From Chamaesiphon sp. (GTDB lineage: Bacteria; Cyanobacteriota; Cyanobacteriia; Cyanobacteriales; Chamaesiphonaceae): a stretch of 31,455 nucleotides of DNA. The DNA is taken from assembly GCA_965246715.1 (NCBI GenBank), contig CBDFFH010000028.1, forward strand, positions 1 through 31,455, read 5' to 3'. Of the stretch, positions 18,437-28,498 are shown one piece after another. The position numbers and the translations under genes are program-made. The notes under the pieces were generated by a model. That model saw only the letters and a list, made by a program, of their open reading frames with translations. It ran no database searches and had not been told where the DNA came from. How positions within the stretch are numbered: the stretch's first letter is position 1; the number at the start of each line of letters is the position of its first letter.

Positions 18437-18457
18437 GTAGGGTGGGCACTGCCCACC
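18437..18457 (+). repeat. GTAG-type REP palindrome
   Basis: GTAG-GGTGGGCA-C-TGCCCACC. Confidence 0.7.
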
Positions 18458-18558
18458 GTCAGGGTTTAAGCCTATTACTAAGCTATATATATTTGTGTCT
18501 ACCTAATTATCGATCGCCAACTCAGTCCCGACCGTCACAACAATCCGCATCAAATATC

Positions 18559-18589
18559 AAAAAAGACAGGTCTAGAATTAGACCTGTCT
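18559..18589 (-). terminator. Rho-independent terminator of rpsB-tsf
   Basis: Perfect 11-bp stem AGACAGGTCTA/TAGACCTGTCT followed by a T tract on the minus strand, about 25 bp after the tsf stop. Confidence 0.85.
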
Positions 18590-18613
18590 ATTAACTAGAA
18601 TACCCAACGATAA

Positions 18614-19558
18614 CTATGCTTTACCCATTTGAGCGGCAACTTCGTCAGCAAAGTTAGATTCTTGCTTCTCAATCCCTTCTCCGAGGATAAAGCGGGTGAA
18701 CCGGAGCACGGTAACTGCCTCGCCTAACTGCTTGGTAGTTTGGCCGATCAATTCAGTTACGGTGATATTCTGATCCTTGATGTAGGGTTGATCTACCAAG
18801 GTCATTTCCTTGAGCCGTTTGTCGATGCGTCCTTGGACGATTTTTTCTTTGATGTTATCAGGCTTATTCGCAATATCATCGCGTCCCATTTCGATTTCTT
18901 TTTCCTTAGTCGCAATTTCGCCAGGAATATCGCTGACTTGGATGTATTCGACGTTTGGACAAGCAGCGACTTGCATCGCCAAGTTCCGTGCTAGCGTTTT
19001 GAATTCTTCGCTAGTGGCAACTTTGGCGGAAGTACAACCGAGTTCGATCAATACGCCAACTCTGCCACCCGTGTGAATGTAGCAATCGACCGCGCCTTCA
19101 GCACCCGCAGCAACTTTGTAGTTTGCCAAGCGCCGCACGTTGAGATTTTCCCCGATTTTAGCGATCGATTGGACGATCGCTTCTGAGACTTTAATGCTAC
19201 TATCGCCTGCGTAGGGCTGGTCTAATAGTGCCTCGACACTATCGGCGGTAATCGCTTGATGTGCCAAGCTTTGCACTAAATCTTTGAAAGCATCGTTACG
19301 CGCTACAAAGTCAGTCTGACAGTTTACTTCAACGAGTACGCCAGCTTTACCATCAGCTTGAATAAAATTATCTACCAAGCCTTCCGCAGTGACGCGGTCG
19401 CTTTTTTTACCAGCAGCAACCATCCCTTTCTGACGCAGCCATTCTGACGCTTTGGTCAAATCGCCTTCAGTTTCGCCTAAAGCTTTTTTACAGTCCATCA
19501 TTCCTGCACCCGTTTGGCGGCGCAGTTCTTGAACCATCTTTGCAGTTATTTCAGCCAT
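18614..19558 (-). CDS. tsf: Translation elongation factor Ts
   Basis: [39 protein letters not shown]; downstream of rpsB. Confidence 0.98.
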   Translation of the reverse strand: MAEITAKMVQELRRQTGAGMMDCKKALGETEGDLTKASEWLRQKGMVAAGKKSDRVTAEGLVDNFIQADGKAGVLVEVNCQTDFVARNDAFKDLVQSLAHQAITADSVEALLDQPYAGDSSIKVSEAIVQSIAKIGENLNVRRLANYKVAAGAEGAVDCYIHTGGRVGVLIELGCTSAKVATSEEFKTLARNLAMQVAACPNVEYIQVSDIPGEIATKEKEIEMGRDDIANKPDNIKEKIVQGRIDKRLKEMTLVDQPYIKDQNITVTELIGQTTKQLGEAVTVLRFTRFILGEGIEKQESNFADEVAAQMGKA

Positions 19559-19663
19559 GTTCCTTTTTCTGTTTTCGAGATGGTTAGGGGTGTGTGGGGA
19601 TGGGTAGATGGATAAATCGGCGGATGGGTGGGGATAGATGAATTAAAACACAGTGTGTTTTTC

Positions 19664-19720
19664 AATCCCAATCCCCTAATCCCGATCCCCTAATCCCTAA
19701 TCCCTAATCCCTATCCCCTA
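19664..19720. repeat. Short tandem heptamer repeats (STRR-like, AATCCC(C/T))
   Basis: aatcccaatcccctaatcccgatcccctaatccctaatccctaatccctatcccct between rpsB and tsf. Confidence 0.8.
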
Positions 19721-19723
19721 ATT

Positions 19724-20512
19724 TTAGCCTTCGCTGACTACTTCTTCGCTCGCAGCAGCTTCGATAAATTCACCTTCTTCGTCGTATTCGCCTTCGTATT
19801 CGTCAACGAATTCTTCTTCACCATCGAGTTGACCGTGACGACCTTCATAAATCGCGTCGGCGAGTTTACCGAGGATCAGTTTGACGGAGCGAATCGCATC
19901 GTCGTTTGCTGGAATTGCCACGTCAACCAAGTCAGGGTCGCAGTTGGTATCGAGCAGCGATACGATCGGAATATTCAGCTTTTTGCATTCGAGCATCGCG
20001 TTGTATTCACGACGTTGATCGACGACGATGACGATATCGGGGACTTTGCGCATGTTCTTGATCCCACCCAGATATTTTTGGAGTTTCGCCATTTCCCGTC
20101 GCAAGACGGAAGCTTCTTTCTTAGGTAAAAGATCCAGCGCGCCGCTATTTTCACGACGTTCGAGATCCTTCAAGCGCTCGACCCGACTTTTGATCGTCGT
20201 CCAGTTGGTGAGCATCCCACCCAACCAGCGTTGGTTGATGTACGATGCACCGCAACGACTTGCTTCTTGTGCGATGATTCCAGCCGCTTGACGCTTGGTA
20301 CCGACAAACAGGAACCGTTTGCCCTGCTCGGCAGCCGTCCGCATGTAAACATAAGCTTCTTCCATCAACTGAGCGGTTTGCACCAAGTCGATGATATGTA
20401 CGCCGTTCCGCGCTGTGAAGATGTATGGAGCCATTTTGGGGTTCCACCGTCTGGTTTGGTGTCCGAAGTGAACGCCAGACTCCATCATTTGCGCCAAAGT
20501 TACAACTGGCAT
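19724..20512 (-). CDS. rpsB: 30S ribosomal protein S2
   Basis: [41 protein letters not shown]. Confidence 0.99.
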   Translation of the reverse strand: MPVVTLAQMMESGVHFGHQTRRWNPKMAPYIFTARNGVHIIDLVQTAQLMEEAYVYMRTAAEQGKRFLFVGTKRQAAGIIAQEASRCGASYINQRWLGGMLTNWTTIKSRVERLKDLERRENSGALDLLPKKEASVLRREMAKLQKYLGGIKNMRKVPDIVIVVDQRREYNAMLECKKLNIPIVSLLDTNCDPDLVDVAIPANDDAIRSVKLILGKLADAIYEGRHGQLDGEEEFVDEYEGEYDEEGEFIEAAASEEVVSEG

Positions 20513-20527
20513 GAGATTCTTTACTCC

Positions 20528-20600
20528 TAATCGGGTTTATCCTCCACCCAGGCTGTATTTCTGAAACCAGAAACACCCGAATTCCTGAATGTGCGAATTT
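20528..20600 (-). promoter_or_regulatory. Structured rpsB 5' leader (putative S2 autoregulatory RNA)
   Basis: Minus strand CGCACATTCAGGAATTCGGGTGTTTCTG-GTTT-CAGAAATACAGCCTGGGTGGAGGATAAACCCGA with stems CAGG/CCTG and GTGTTTCTG/CAGAAATAC, plus TCGGGT/ACCCGA complementarity. Confidence 0.65.
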
Positions 20601-20615
20601 TTAGACAACTTTTCT

Positions 20616-20643
20616 AGTATAACAAATTTTGGCGAATAGTCAA
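20616..20643 (-). promoter_or_regulatory. Sigma70-type promoter of rpsB-tsf
   Basis: TTGACT-N16-TATACT with extended -10 (TGtTATACT). Confidence 0.65.
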
Positions 20644-20661
20644 AAGGGCTAGCGTAGATGT

Positions 20662-21309
20662 CAGCAATTCCAAATTCAAAAATCTAGGAAGAGTGGGCTG
20701 CACGATTAGCTGTCGGGGCGACTTGTTGCCTACAACGCTGATAGGATAAGTCTCATAGCTCTCAAGCCTTGTTGATAATTAGGTGGTTTGTGCGGGGACA
20801 AAGACATTAATTCAACAACAACCTGCCAATTACTAGATATTGAATCGACCCATGATTCACCGCAAAGTAGAGAACTGGATCGGTAGCCAAACCTTTGTGA
20901 TGAGCAACGTAAAAATGATAAAGACCGCGATAAGTCATCTCCAATGAGATCCGGTCAAAGGGTAAAGCTTGCTTGGTGAAACGCGCGATTTCATCCGCAA
21001 TTTATTAGCTATCGCATCACCCAAATCGACTAAAACCGCATAAAATAGCCAAGTACCCCAAAGTTGTAATTGAATTCCATTAATCGAACCAGTCCATAAA
21101 TAACTTAATCCCAACAGTCTTTTGACAGTGGTGAATGCCTCTTCTATTCGCCACCGCTTTCCATATAAATCGGCAACTACATAAGGTGGTAAAACTACTG
21201 GGTCGAGTACCGAAGTCAAAATAGCAATAGATCTAAATAGTAAAATAGCCTCCCAGCAATATGAGGAAGACTACCATTGGCAAATATTCGGCTTTGATTA
21301 AAATTGCTG
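20662..21309 (-). mobile_element. Internally deleted IS4-family element with transposase C-terminal fragment
   Basis: Ends CAGCAATTCCAAATTCAAAA (20662) and imperfect CAGCAATTTTAATCAAA (21309, minus); fragment LYGKRWRIEEAFTTVKRLLG (Y-2-R-3-E-6-K IS4 signature), continuing in another frame as ALPFDRISLEMTYRGLYHF. Confidence 0.85.
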
Positions 21310-21350
21310 GATAACAGTATGAATCGGCGCTAGAGGCAGCAACACGACAA

Positions 21351-21887
21351 TTACAAACCAATTAGATGTAAAGAGTTTTGAAACACATCAATATTGTTCA
21401 CAATCACATACGCAATAACAGCGCCACCGACTCCACCAACCAAAAAGCCTGTTGCATAGGTATCCCAACCTTTTTTACTGGCAAATACATCAGGAGGATT
21501 GGGCACTGTAATTGTGGCGATCGGTGGTGGTGGATTGGTAGCAGCATAAAGGACGATCGACCCAGCAGAGATAACGATCAGACCGATCGTTGATAGCAAC
21601 GCAGCTTCCGCCCCCCGCTCGGTATAGCGTAATGGGTTAAATTTAAAAAATGGCCCCAGGAGCCAATAGCCATGAGCTAAACCCACCTCGATCCCTCTCC
21701 GTAGCGGCGATAAACCCTGACGATACGCTGAAAAGCTGTTGACGATCGCTTTAGCAAGTTTGGAATTATTGATGGGCGTTGCTAGGTTACTGCCTTGCGG
21801 GTCGAAATCGGGCGAAACAACCTCATTATTGCGAGGATCGCGGGGATTATTCTTCGACTGGTCGATTTTCTCAACAAAAGTGGTCAT
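21351..21887 (-). CDS. psaL: Photosystem I reaction centre subunit XI, divergent copy
   Basis: DPQGSNLATPIN, AYRQGLSPLRRGIEVGLAHGYWLLGPF, PLR, GW..YATGFLVGGVGGA. Confidence 0.93.
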   Translation of the reverse strand: MTTFVEKIDQSKNNPRDPRNNEVVSPDFDPQGSNLATPINNSKLAKAIVNSFSAYRQGLSPLRRGIEVGLAHGYWLLGPFFKFNPLRYTERGAEAALLSTIGLIVISAGSIVLYAATNPPPPIATITVPNPPDVFASKKGWDTYATGFLVGGVGGAVIAYVIVNNIDVFQNSLHLIGL

Positions 21888-22097
21888 AGTTAGGCACCGC
21901 TAAGTCTAAGCTTTGCACCTATCTTACGTAATGGCAGTCGAAAGATCGTCCGACTTAAGGTAGATAACTTTAAAGTAAAAATATCCCTAAAGATAGATGC
22001 TATCTCTGTCGATCGATCTTTATCGCTGGGAGTGATTTTTTTTGCTAGATCGCAACCATTTGTTACACTCATCCGCTCGATCTCACAGATAACCAGA

Positions 22098-22277
22098 CGG
22101 TATTTCGAGATTTTATATCGCCTGCACGGTAAAGATCTTGAGGAGGCAGGAATCGGTCTGGCTACTTGCAAATGGATCGTCCAAAACCATTTCGGGACGA
22201 TCGGTGTTGAGAGTAATGTGGGTGAAGGTAATAGTTTCTACTTTATGTTACGCTCGATCGATCGAATTAGTCAGTAG
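22098..22277 (+). pseudogene. Decayed C-terminal HATPase_c fragment of a histidine kinase
   Basis: FEILYRLHG...AGIGLATCKWIVQNHFGTIGVESNVGEGNSFYFML matches F box/G2 box/terminal strands; no H box or N box upstream. Confidence 0.75.
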
Positions 22278-22352
22278 GATCGCACTCGATCGGCGATCGC
22301 TAATCTTCTAGCCGATATGTCAAAATGGAATTAATTGCTGGAGATGATTTAG

Positions 22353-22913
22353 ATGTTGTATTATCAATCCACCCGCTGGAAATCCGCAGATCTAGAGCTA
22401 CTACCCGATAACGGTAATCGCTATGAAATCATCGATGGAGAACTTCTCGTGACTCGCGCACCACACTGGAAACATCAAAGAGTTATTACTAGGTTAATTC
22501 AATCGTTAGGGATTTGGTCGAGTCAGAGTAAATTGGGTGAGGTCGTTACGACTCCAGGCATCGTGTTTCCCGATGATGACAATGTGATTCCAGATTTGGT
22601 GTGGATTAGTAACGACAGATTAGCACGGAGTTTGGATGAATCTGGGCATCTTGTCGCCGCACCAGAACTAGTAGTAGAAGTACTCTCTGCTGGTAGCGAT
22701 AACGAACGCAGAGATCGAGAAGTCAAGCGCAAACTCTATACGATTCGAGGTGTCCAAGAATATTGGGTTATAGATTGGAAAAGACAACAAATCGAGGTGT
22801 TCCGTCGCGATAGTAATGGTTTACCGCTCATCGCGACATTGTTTTGTCAGGATGTTTTAACAAGTCCGCTCTTACCTAATTTTGAACAGTCTATTGCCGA
22901 AGTTTTTAGCTGA
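22353..22913 (+). CDS. Uma2-family (DUF820) putative endonuclease
   Basis: RYEIIDGEL, P..KHQ, IPDLVW, APELVVEVLS, KRKLY..RGVQEYWVID, LTSPLLP; GGAG RBS. Confidence 0.92.
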   Translation: MLYYQSTRWKSADLELLPDNGNRYEIIDGELLVTRAPHWKHQRVITRLIQSLGIWSSQSKLGEVVTTPGIVFPDDDNVIPDLVWISNDRLARSLDESGHLVAAPELVVEVLSAGSDNERRDREVKRKLYTIRGVQEYWVIDWKRQQIEVFRRDSNGLPLIATLFCQDVLTSPLLPNFEQSIAEVFS

Positions 22914-22934
22914 TTAATTGAGATCGCACATCAA

Positions 22935-23444
22935 ATGATAGATATCTGGAAACAATTTTGGTCGGGTGAAGGGAGAATAGCTTTATCACTATGCCTACTG
23001 GGCATGGCATTCGGCTTGACTATTGGCATTTTCAATAAAGATTGGGGTGATTCTTTTCAATCGATCGAGATATTTGGCTACCAATTTTCATCACCTATAT
23101 TATTTGGTGCGGTTGTCGCACTAGCAACTCAAATAGTAAGTATCTTGTTATCTTGGGTGCCGCTTTACCAGGGTAATGAGTCGCGGTGGAACAATGTAAT
23201 TTGGTTGTTGACTGGACTACCAATTGGAATACTAATCGTATTAAATGTATTTAACGGTTATTTAGTTGCACTCGCATTTGTTATTCCTTACATACTGAAT
23301 ATAATTTTGTCCCCTGTTGTTATGATGTTTGTCGGTTGGCATACAATGCACCTCTTTTGGTTTAGTGCAATATTGCTGCTACCACTTTACATAATTTCAA
23401 CTGGAATTATCTGGTCGATCGAATCTTGTAGATCGCTCGTTTAA
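22935..23444 (+). CDS. Hypothetical multi-pass membrane protein
   Basis: 169 aa, about 5 hydrophobic segments, AT-rich, 21 bp after the Uma2 gene. Confidence 0.65.
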   Translation: MIDIWKQFWSGEGRIALSLCLLGMAFGLTIGIFNKDWGDSFQSIEIFGYQFSSPILFGAVVALATQIVSILLSWVPLYQGNESRWNNVIWLLTGLPIGILIVLNVFNGYLVALAFVIPYILNIILSPVVMMFVGWHTMHLFWFSAILLLPLYIISTGIIWSIESCRSLV

Positions 23445-23485
23445 GTGGCAATCGATTGTGACGAGCGATCGAGCAGTGATAATTC

Positions 23486-23863
23486 TTAGCTTAAATCTAA
23501 TGACTCCTGTTGGTAAATTCTAATTTGCCCTCGTTTAATAATCCAGAGTCTTCGATCGATTGTTTCAATTTTTAAGGCAGTAATTAGGGTTTCGATCGCA
23601 TCGAGTAAATCTTGTGGGGATGGTCGTTTGGGCAATCGCAGTATCGCAATGCCACTATATTCTGAAGGGTTATATTGCAGTGGATTGCTAAAGTCCAAAT
23701 CTAAAGTCACCAAACATCGCTGTTCTAACCGACAGACTTCAATTACAGTTGGATCGGGAGCAGATTGGAGATTTTGCTCTAAAATCGTGCAGACATCATG
23801 TCCTGCGGCTATTAGTAATGCTTTTCCTCGTTGCCCGATGTTCTCATCCAGCTTCATCTTCAT
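23486..23863 (-). CDS. DUF5615/Mut7-C PIN-like toxin (VapC45-like)
   Basis: KLDENI, GHDV, APDPTV, LVTLDLDF, SGIAILR; overlaps the DUF433 gene by ATGA. Confidence 0.88.
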   Translation of the reverse strand: MKMKLDENIGQRGKALLIAAGHDVCTILEQNLQSAPDPTVIEVCRLEQRCLVTLDLDFSNPLQYNPSEYSGIAILRLPKRPSPQDLLDAIETLITALKIETIDRRLWIIKRGQIRIYQQESLDLS

Positions 23864-24108
23864 GCTGCTGACTCAATTGGAATATCCACAAAGCGTACTC
23901 GTGACATTTCTGCACCGTAGGCGATACAAGCTAGAATATCTTCTGTCTCTAATTGGGGATAATCGGCGAGAATTTCGGTAATCGTCGCACCGCTAGCCAA
24001 AAAATCTAAAATGAGCGATACCCAGATTCGATGCCCCTTGATGCAGGGTTTACCAAAGCAGATATTAGGATTTACCGAGATCCGTGACAAAAGTTGCGAA
24101 CTACTCAT
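23860..24108 (-). CDS. DUF433 antitoxin (VapB45-like)
   Basis: RISVNPNICFGKPCIKGHRIWVSLILDFLASG...EILADYPQLETEDILACIAY. Confidence 0.92.
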   Translation of the reverse strand: MSSSQLLSRISVNPNICFGKPCIKGHRIWVSLILDFLASGATITEILADYPQLETEDILACIAYGAEMSRVRFVDIPIESAA

Positions 24109-24350
24109 AATTCGATCGAGTCAAGTATTTTCACAATATCAATTTTAGGACATTGGTACGTTTTTGGGATGTCGAGCGGTAGTGTCGATCGATTGGATAA
24201 TGGAGGGACTTATGTGGCGTGCCAGTCAGGATCGCAAGTTGTATCGCCCGACCCTTCTAAAGTCTGGGAAAAACGTTTAAGGTATAGAGATAGCTGCATC
24301 GTGCTATTAGATCGAGTTGCGTCGATTGCTTATTTACTGCTGACGAAACA

Positions 24351-27300
24351 ATGGCTTTTTCTGCTCTAATTCGTACCCTCGAACGCTCTCAACTGTCTGC
24401 GGAACTGCTTGCAAAGCTACAACAGCAGGGGCGGCTGCATCTAAGTGGCTTGCCACGTTTGCCGAAAGGTTTAGTGGCTTCGGCTTTGGCTCAGAGTTCG
24501 CACCGCAATCTGTTGGTCGTAACGGCAACTGTCGAAGAGGCGGGGCGGTGGGCAGCGCAATTAGAGGCAATGGGTTGGCAAGCAGTACATTTTTATCCAA
24601 CGACAGAATCATCACCCTACGGCGCGAATAACCTCGAATCCGAGACGATTTGGGGACAGATGCAGGGTTTAGCAGAGATCGTGTCTGCTGCCCCTCTCCC
24701 AAGTGGAGAGGGCGGTAAGAAAATGGCGATCGTGTGTACCACGCACGCTTTGCAACCACATTTACCTGCGCCAGCTGAATTTGTGGCACGGTGTTTGACG
24801 ATTCGGGTGGGAGATGAGGGGGATGTCGAGGCGATTAGTACGCAGTTGGCAACTTTGGGTTACGATCGCGTGCCGTTGGTTGAGACTGAGGGACAATGGA
24901 GTCGGCGGGGGGATATTATCGATATTTTTCCAGTTGCGGCGGAGTTACCCGTGCGGTTGGAGTGGTTTGGTGATGAGTTGGATAAGTTGCGCGAATTCGA
25001 TCCGGCGACACAGCGTTCGTTAGATAAGATTGAGAGTTTGACGCTCACGCCAGTGAGTTTTGCAACAGTTTTTGAAGGAGATAATTCGAGTGCGCGGTAT
25101 TCGTTATTAGATTATTTATCAGCTAATTCTATCGTGGCGATCGATGAATTCGATCGCTGCTTGGCACATAACGATCGCTGGTGGGAATATATTCAAGAAG
25201 AGTGGGAAACTTTGCCGCCAGATACCCCAATTTGGCATCGACAATTTGCCGAGCTTGATGCTGTCATCCGCGATCGATTTGCTTGTCTACAATTGGATGA
25301 ATTAGCAATTAGTGGCGAAGGTTTAAATTTATCCTGTCGAGCGATTCCGACGATTCCTCACCAATTTGCCAAAGTTGCCGATACTTTGCGCGGCTATCAT
25401 AAGCAAAATTTTACCAGTTGGTTGGTCTCAGCCCAACCTTCGCGATCGGCAGCACTATTACAAGAACACGATTGTCCCGCCCAATTTGTCGCCAACCCCC
25501 GCGATTTTCCAGCGATCGATAAGTTGCAAATTCAGCATACGGCGGTGGCACTGAAATATTCGGGAGTAGCCGAACTAGAAGGATTTATTCTGCCGACATT
25601 TCGGATGGTCTTAGTGACCGATCGGGAGTTTTTTGGACAGCAATCTTTAGCAAGTTTTAGTTACGTCCGCAAACGCCGTCAAGCTGCTTCCAAACTAGTC
25701 GATCCGAATAAATTGCAACCAGGTGATTATGTCGTGCATCGCAATCATGGGTTGGGTCGATTCGTGAAATTTGAAAGTATCGCTACCGATGATGCGCTGC
25801 GCGATTATTTAACCATTCAATATGCTGATGGCTCGTTAAAAGTGCCTGCGGATCAAGTGGGAGTATTGTCACGGTTTCGGCAAGCTGCGGGAGCAAAACC
25901 CGAATTAAATAGATTATCCGGTCAAGCTTGGGAAAAGACTAAGGCAAAAGTTAAGAAATCGATTAAAAAGTTAGCTTTCGATCTGCTGAAATTATATGCC
26001 GATCGAGCGCAGAAACAGGGCTTTTCATTTCCACCCGATACCCCCTGGCAACAGGAATTAGAAGACTCGTTTCGGTATCAACCGACTCCCGATCAATTGA
26101 AGTCTACGCAAGATGTCAAACGGGATATGGAAAGCGATCGACCGATGGATCGATTGGTGTGTGGTGACGTTGGTTTTGGCAAAACAGAAGTAGCAATTCG
26201 GGCGATCTTTAAAGCGGTTACGGCTAATAAACAAGTAATTTTTCTTGCACCAACGACAATTTTAACCCAACAACATTATCACACGCTCAAAGAACGATTC
26301 GCACCTTATCCAGTTAACGTCGGTTTACTCAATCGATTTCGGACTACGGAAGAACGTAAAGCTATTCTCGAACGTCTCAAAACTGGTGAATTAGACATCG
26401 TTGTCGGCACACATCAACTATTGAGTAAAGAGTTAAAGTTTAAAGATTTAGGATTATTAGTCATCGATGAAGAACAAAGGTTTGGTGTAAATCAGAAGGA
26501 AAAAATCAAAACGCTCAAAAGTCAAATCGACGTACTTACACTCTCAGCTACGCCGATTCCGCGTACCCTCTACATGTCTTTATCTGGCGTGCGCGAAATG
26601 AGTTTGATTACCACGCCGCCGCCATCGCGCCGACCGATCGCGACCCATTTATCACCCTATAAATTAGACGCGATCGCCACCGCAATTCGTCAAGAACTCG
26701 ATCGCGGCGGACAGATATTTTACGTAGTACCGAGAATCGAAGGGATCGAAGAAATTGCCGCTAAAATTCACGAGCAAATTCCCTCTTGTCGAATCGCGAT
26801 CGCGCACGGTCAGATGGAAGAATCGGAACTAGAATCGACGATGTTAACGTTTAGTAATGGCGATGCTGACTTACTCGTATGTACCACGATTATCGAGTCG
26901 GGATTGGATATTCCCCGCGTGAATACGATCGTGATTGAAGATGCTCATCGCCTCGGCTTGGCGCAATTATACCAACTGCGCGGGCGCGTCGGACGGGCGG
27001 GAATTCAGGCGCATGCGTGGCTGTTTTATCCCAAGGAAACAACACTGTCCGAGCAAGCCAGACAGCGGTTGAAGGCGATTCAAGAGTTCACCCAGCTCGG
27101 ATCTGGCTATCAGCTCGCCACCCGCGACATGGAGATCCGGGGCGTGGGCAATCTCCTTGGTGCGGAGCAGTCGGGACAGATGGATGTCATCGGCTTTGAC
27201 TTGTATATGGAAATGTTGCAAGAAGCGATCAAAGAGATTCGCGGACAGGAAATTCCGCAGGTGGATGATACTCAAATCGATCTCAAAGTTACGGCGATGA

Positions 27301-27731
27301 TTCCGGCTGATTATATCTCCGATCTGGAGCAAAAAATGAGTGCTTATCGCGCCGTTGCTGCCGCAGATACTAAAGAAGAACTGGTAAATATTGCCGCAGG
27401 CTGGCACGATCGATATGGTGAAATTCCCAAACCAGCTAAACAATTATTCCGCATCGTCGAACTCAAACAAATTGCCAAACAACTCGGCTTTAGTCGGATT
27501 CGTCCCGATGGCAAGCAGCACGTTATTTTAGAAACACCAATGGCGGAGCCAGCCTGGAATATGCTCGCAGAATATCTAACCGATAGCGGACGATCGCGTT
27601 TTGTTTACAGTCCTGGTAAGATTACTGCCAGAGGATTAGGCGTTTTGCGTCCCGACGAACAAGTGGAAAATTTAATTGGAACTTTGAGTAAAATGCAAGG
27701 TGTATTAATGGCTGAAAATTCATTGGAATAA
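24351..27731 (+). CDS. mfd: Transcription-repair coupling factor
   Basis: UvrB-homology [70 protein letters not shown] domain. Confidence 0.98.
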   Translation: MAFSALIRTLERSQLSAELLAKLQQQGRLHLSGLPRLPKGLVASALAQSSHRNLLVVTATVEEAGRWAAQLEAMGWQAVHFYPTTESSPYGANNLESETIWGQMQGLAEIVSAAPLPSGEGGKKMAIVCTTHALQPHLPAPAEFVARCLTIRVGDEGDVEAISTQLATLGYDRVPLVETEGQWSRRGDIIDIFPVAAELPVRLEWFGDELDKLREFDPATQRSLDKIESLTLTPVSFATVFEGDNSSARYSLLDYLSANSIVAIDEFDRCLAHNDRWWEYIQEEWETLPPDTPIWHRQFAELDAVIRDRFACLQLDELAISGEGLNLSCRAIPTIPHQFAKVADTLRGYHKQNFTSWLVSAQPSRSAALLQEHDCPAQFVANPRDFPAIDKLQIQHTAVALKYSGVAELEGFILPTFRMVLVTDREFFGQQSLASFSYVRKRRQAASKLVDPNKLQPGDYVVHRNHGLGRFVKFESIATDDALRDYLTIQYADGSLKVPADQVGVLSRFRQAAGAKPELNRLSGQAWEKTKAKVKKSIKKLAFDLLKLYADRAQKQGFSFPPDTPWQQELEDSFRYQPTPDQLKSTQDVKRDMESDRPMDRLVCGDVGFGKTEVAIRAIFKAVTANKQVIFLAPTTILTQQHYHTLKERFAPYPVNVGLLNRFRTTEERKAILERLKTGELDIVVGTHQLLSKELKFKDLGLLVIDEEQRFGVNQKEKIKTLKSQIDVLTLSATPIPRTLYMSLSGVREMSLITTPPPSRRPIATHLSPYKLDAIATAIRQELDRGGQIFYVVPRIEGIEEIAAKIHEQIPSCRIAIAHGQMEESELESTMLTFSNGDADLLVCTTIIESGLDIPRVNTIVIEDAHRLGLAQLYQLRGRVGRAGIQAHAWLFYPKETTLSEQARQRLKAIQEFTQLGSGYQLATRDMEIRGVGNLLGAEQSGQMDVIGFDLYMEMLQEAIKEIRGQEIPQVDDTQIDLKVTAMIPADYISDLEQKMSAYRAVAAADTKEELVNIAAGWHDRYGEIPKPAKQLFRIVELKQIAKQLGFSRIRPDGKQHVILETPMAEPAWNMLAEYLTDSGRSRFVYSPGKITARGLGVLRPDEQVENLIGTLSKMQGVLMAENSLE

Positions 27732-27758
27732 CTCAAACTACCTATGCTTTTGGTGATT

Positions 27759-28412
27759 TCAATCGTTGGTGACTATTTCAAGCGTTGGCACCTGCTCGAC
27801 TTCCTCATCCTCGCTGGGATTGAGGCTTTCTTTGAGGGCAACTAATAGCGCTTGTGGATCGATCGGTTGTTGCATTTCTTCCGCTTCAGGATCGACACGA
27901 TTGCGGACGTTGGGTAAATCGGCGCGGAGTTCTTCGACGAGGGCGATGAGTTTGACGATCTTTTGTTCGGTGAGCAGATCGAGTTGGAGCATGAGGTGCG
28001 AGCGTTCTTCGGCGACACGCTCTTGACGGCTTTGATAGACGAGTACGCCAGTCGAAATCAATAATGCGGCAATATCGAGACCTTCATCGCGCAGACTCAA
28101 TCTCGGGAAATCTACAGGCAATATGCCAGAATTCGCTAATTGAGAGCAAATCCACCAAGCGGTAAAGAACAGAATTTGCCCATAGAGAAATTTAGGATGA
28201 CCGAAACTCGTCGCTACTCGTTCTAAAATCCGATGGTGCGTGGGAATGTTTTTGCCATCTTCGGTTTCTAACTGGATAATCGTCTCGATATTTTGGCGAA
28301 CGGGTTCTGGCAAAGATTCCAGCTTTTCGCGTTCGTTCTGACTGACGTGATAAGTATTGGTAGTAGAGCGTTGGATTTCGAGGAGTGGCTCTGATGTGGT
28401 GTTTGCCTTCAT
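27759..28412 (-). CDS. DUF1003-like membrane protein, paralog 2
   Basis: QNIETIIQLE, two TM helices, LVYQSRQERVAEERSHLMLQLDLLTEQKIVKLIALVEELRADLPNV. Confidence 0.8.
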   Translation of the reverse strand: MKANTTSEPLLEIQRSTTNTYHVSQNEREKLESLPEPVRQNIETIIQLETEDGKNIPTHHRILERVATSFGHPKFLYGQILFFTAWWICSQLANSGILPVDFPRLSLRDEGLDIAALLISTGVLVYQSRQERVAEERSHLMLQLDLLTEQKIVKLIALVEELRADLPNVRNRVDPEAEEMQQPIDPQALLVALKESLNPSEDEEVEQVPTLEIVTND

Positions 28413-28498
28413 CGCAATTTTTCTATTATAATAAGTGCGTTCGATCGATTGTGGCGACGCAACCAGGATGAAAGTAGGCTCGATCTTCTGGTGGCATT

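Noticed and set aside
18614..19558. EF-Ts longer than the short form in some cyanobacteria
   Set aside because: Approximately 300-aa EF-Ts is the ordinary long form
24094..24789. ORFs 24094-24369 and 24334-24789
   Set aside because: Intergenic or antisense shadows of mfd with no recognisable motifs
14519..27731. recG and mfd (related helicases) in one window as a functional cluster
   Set aside because: About 7 kb apart, on opposite strands and separated by unrelated genes; no sign of co-regulation
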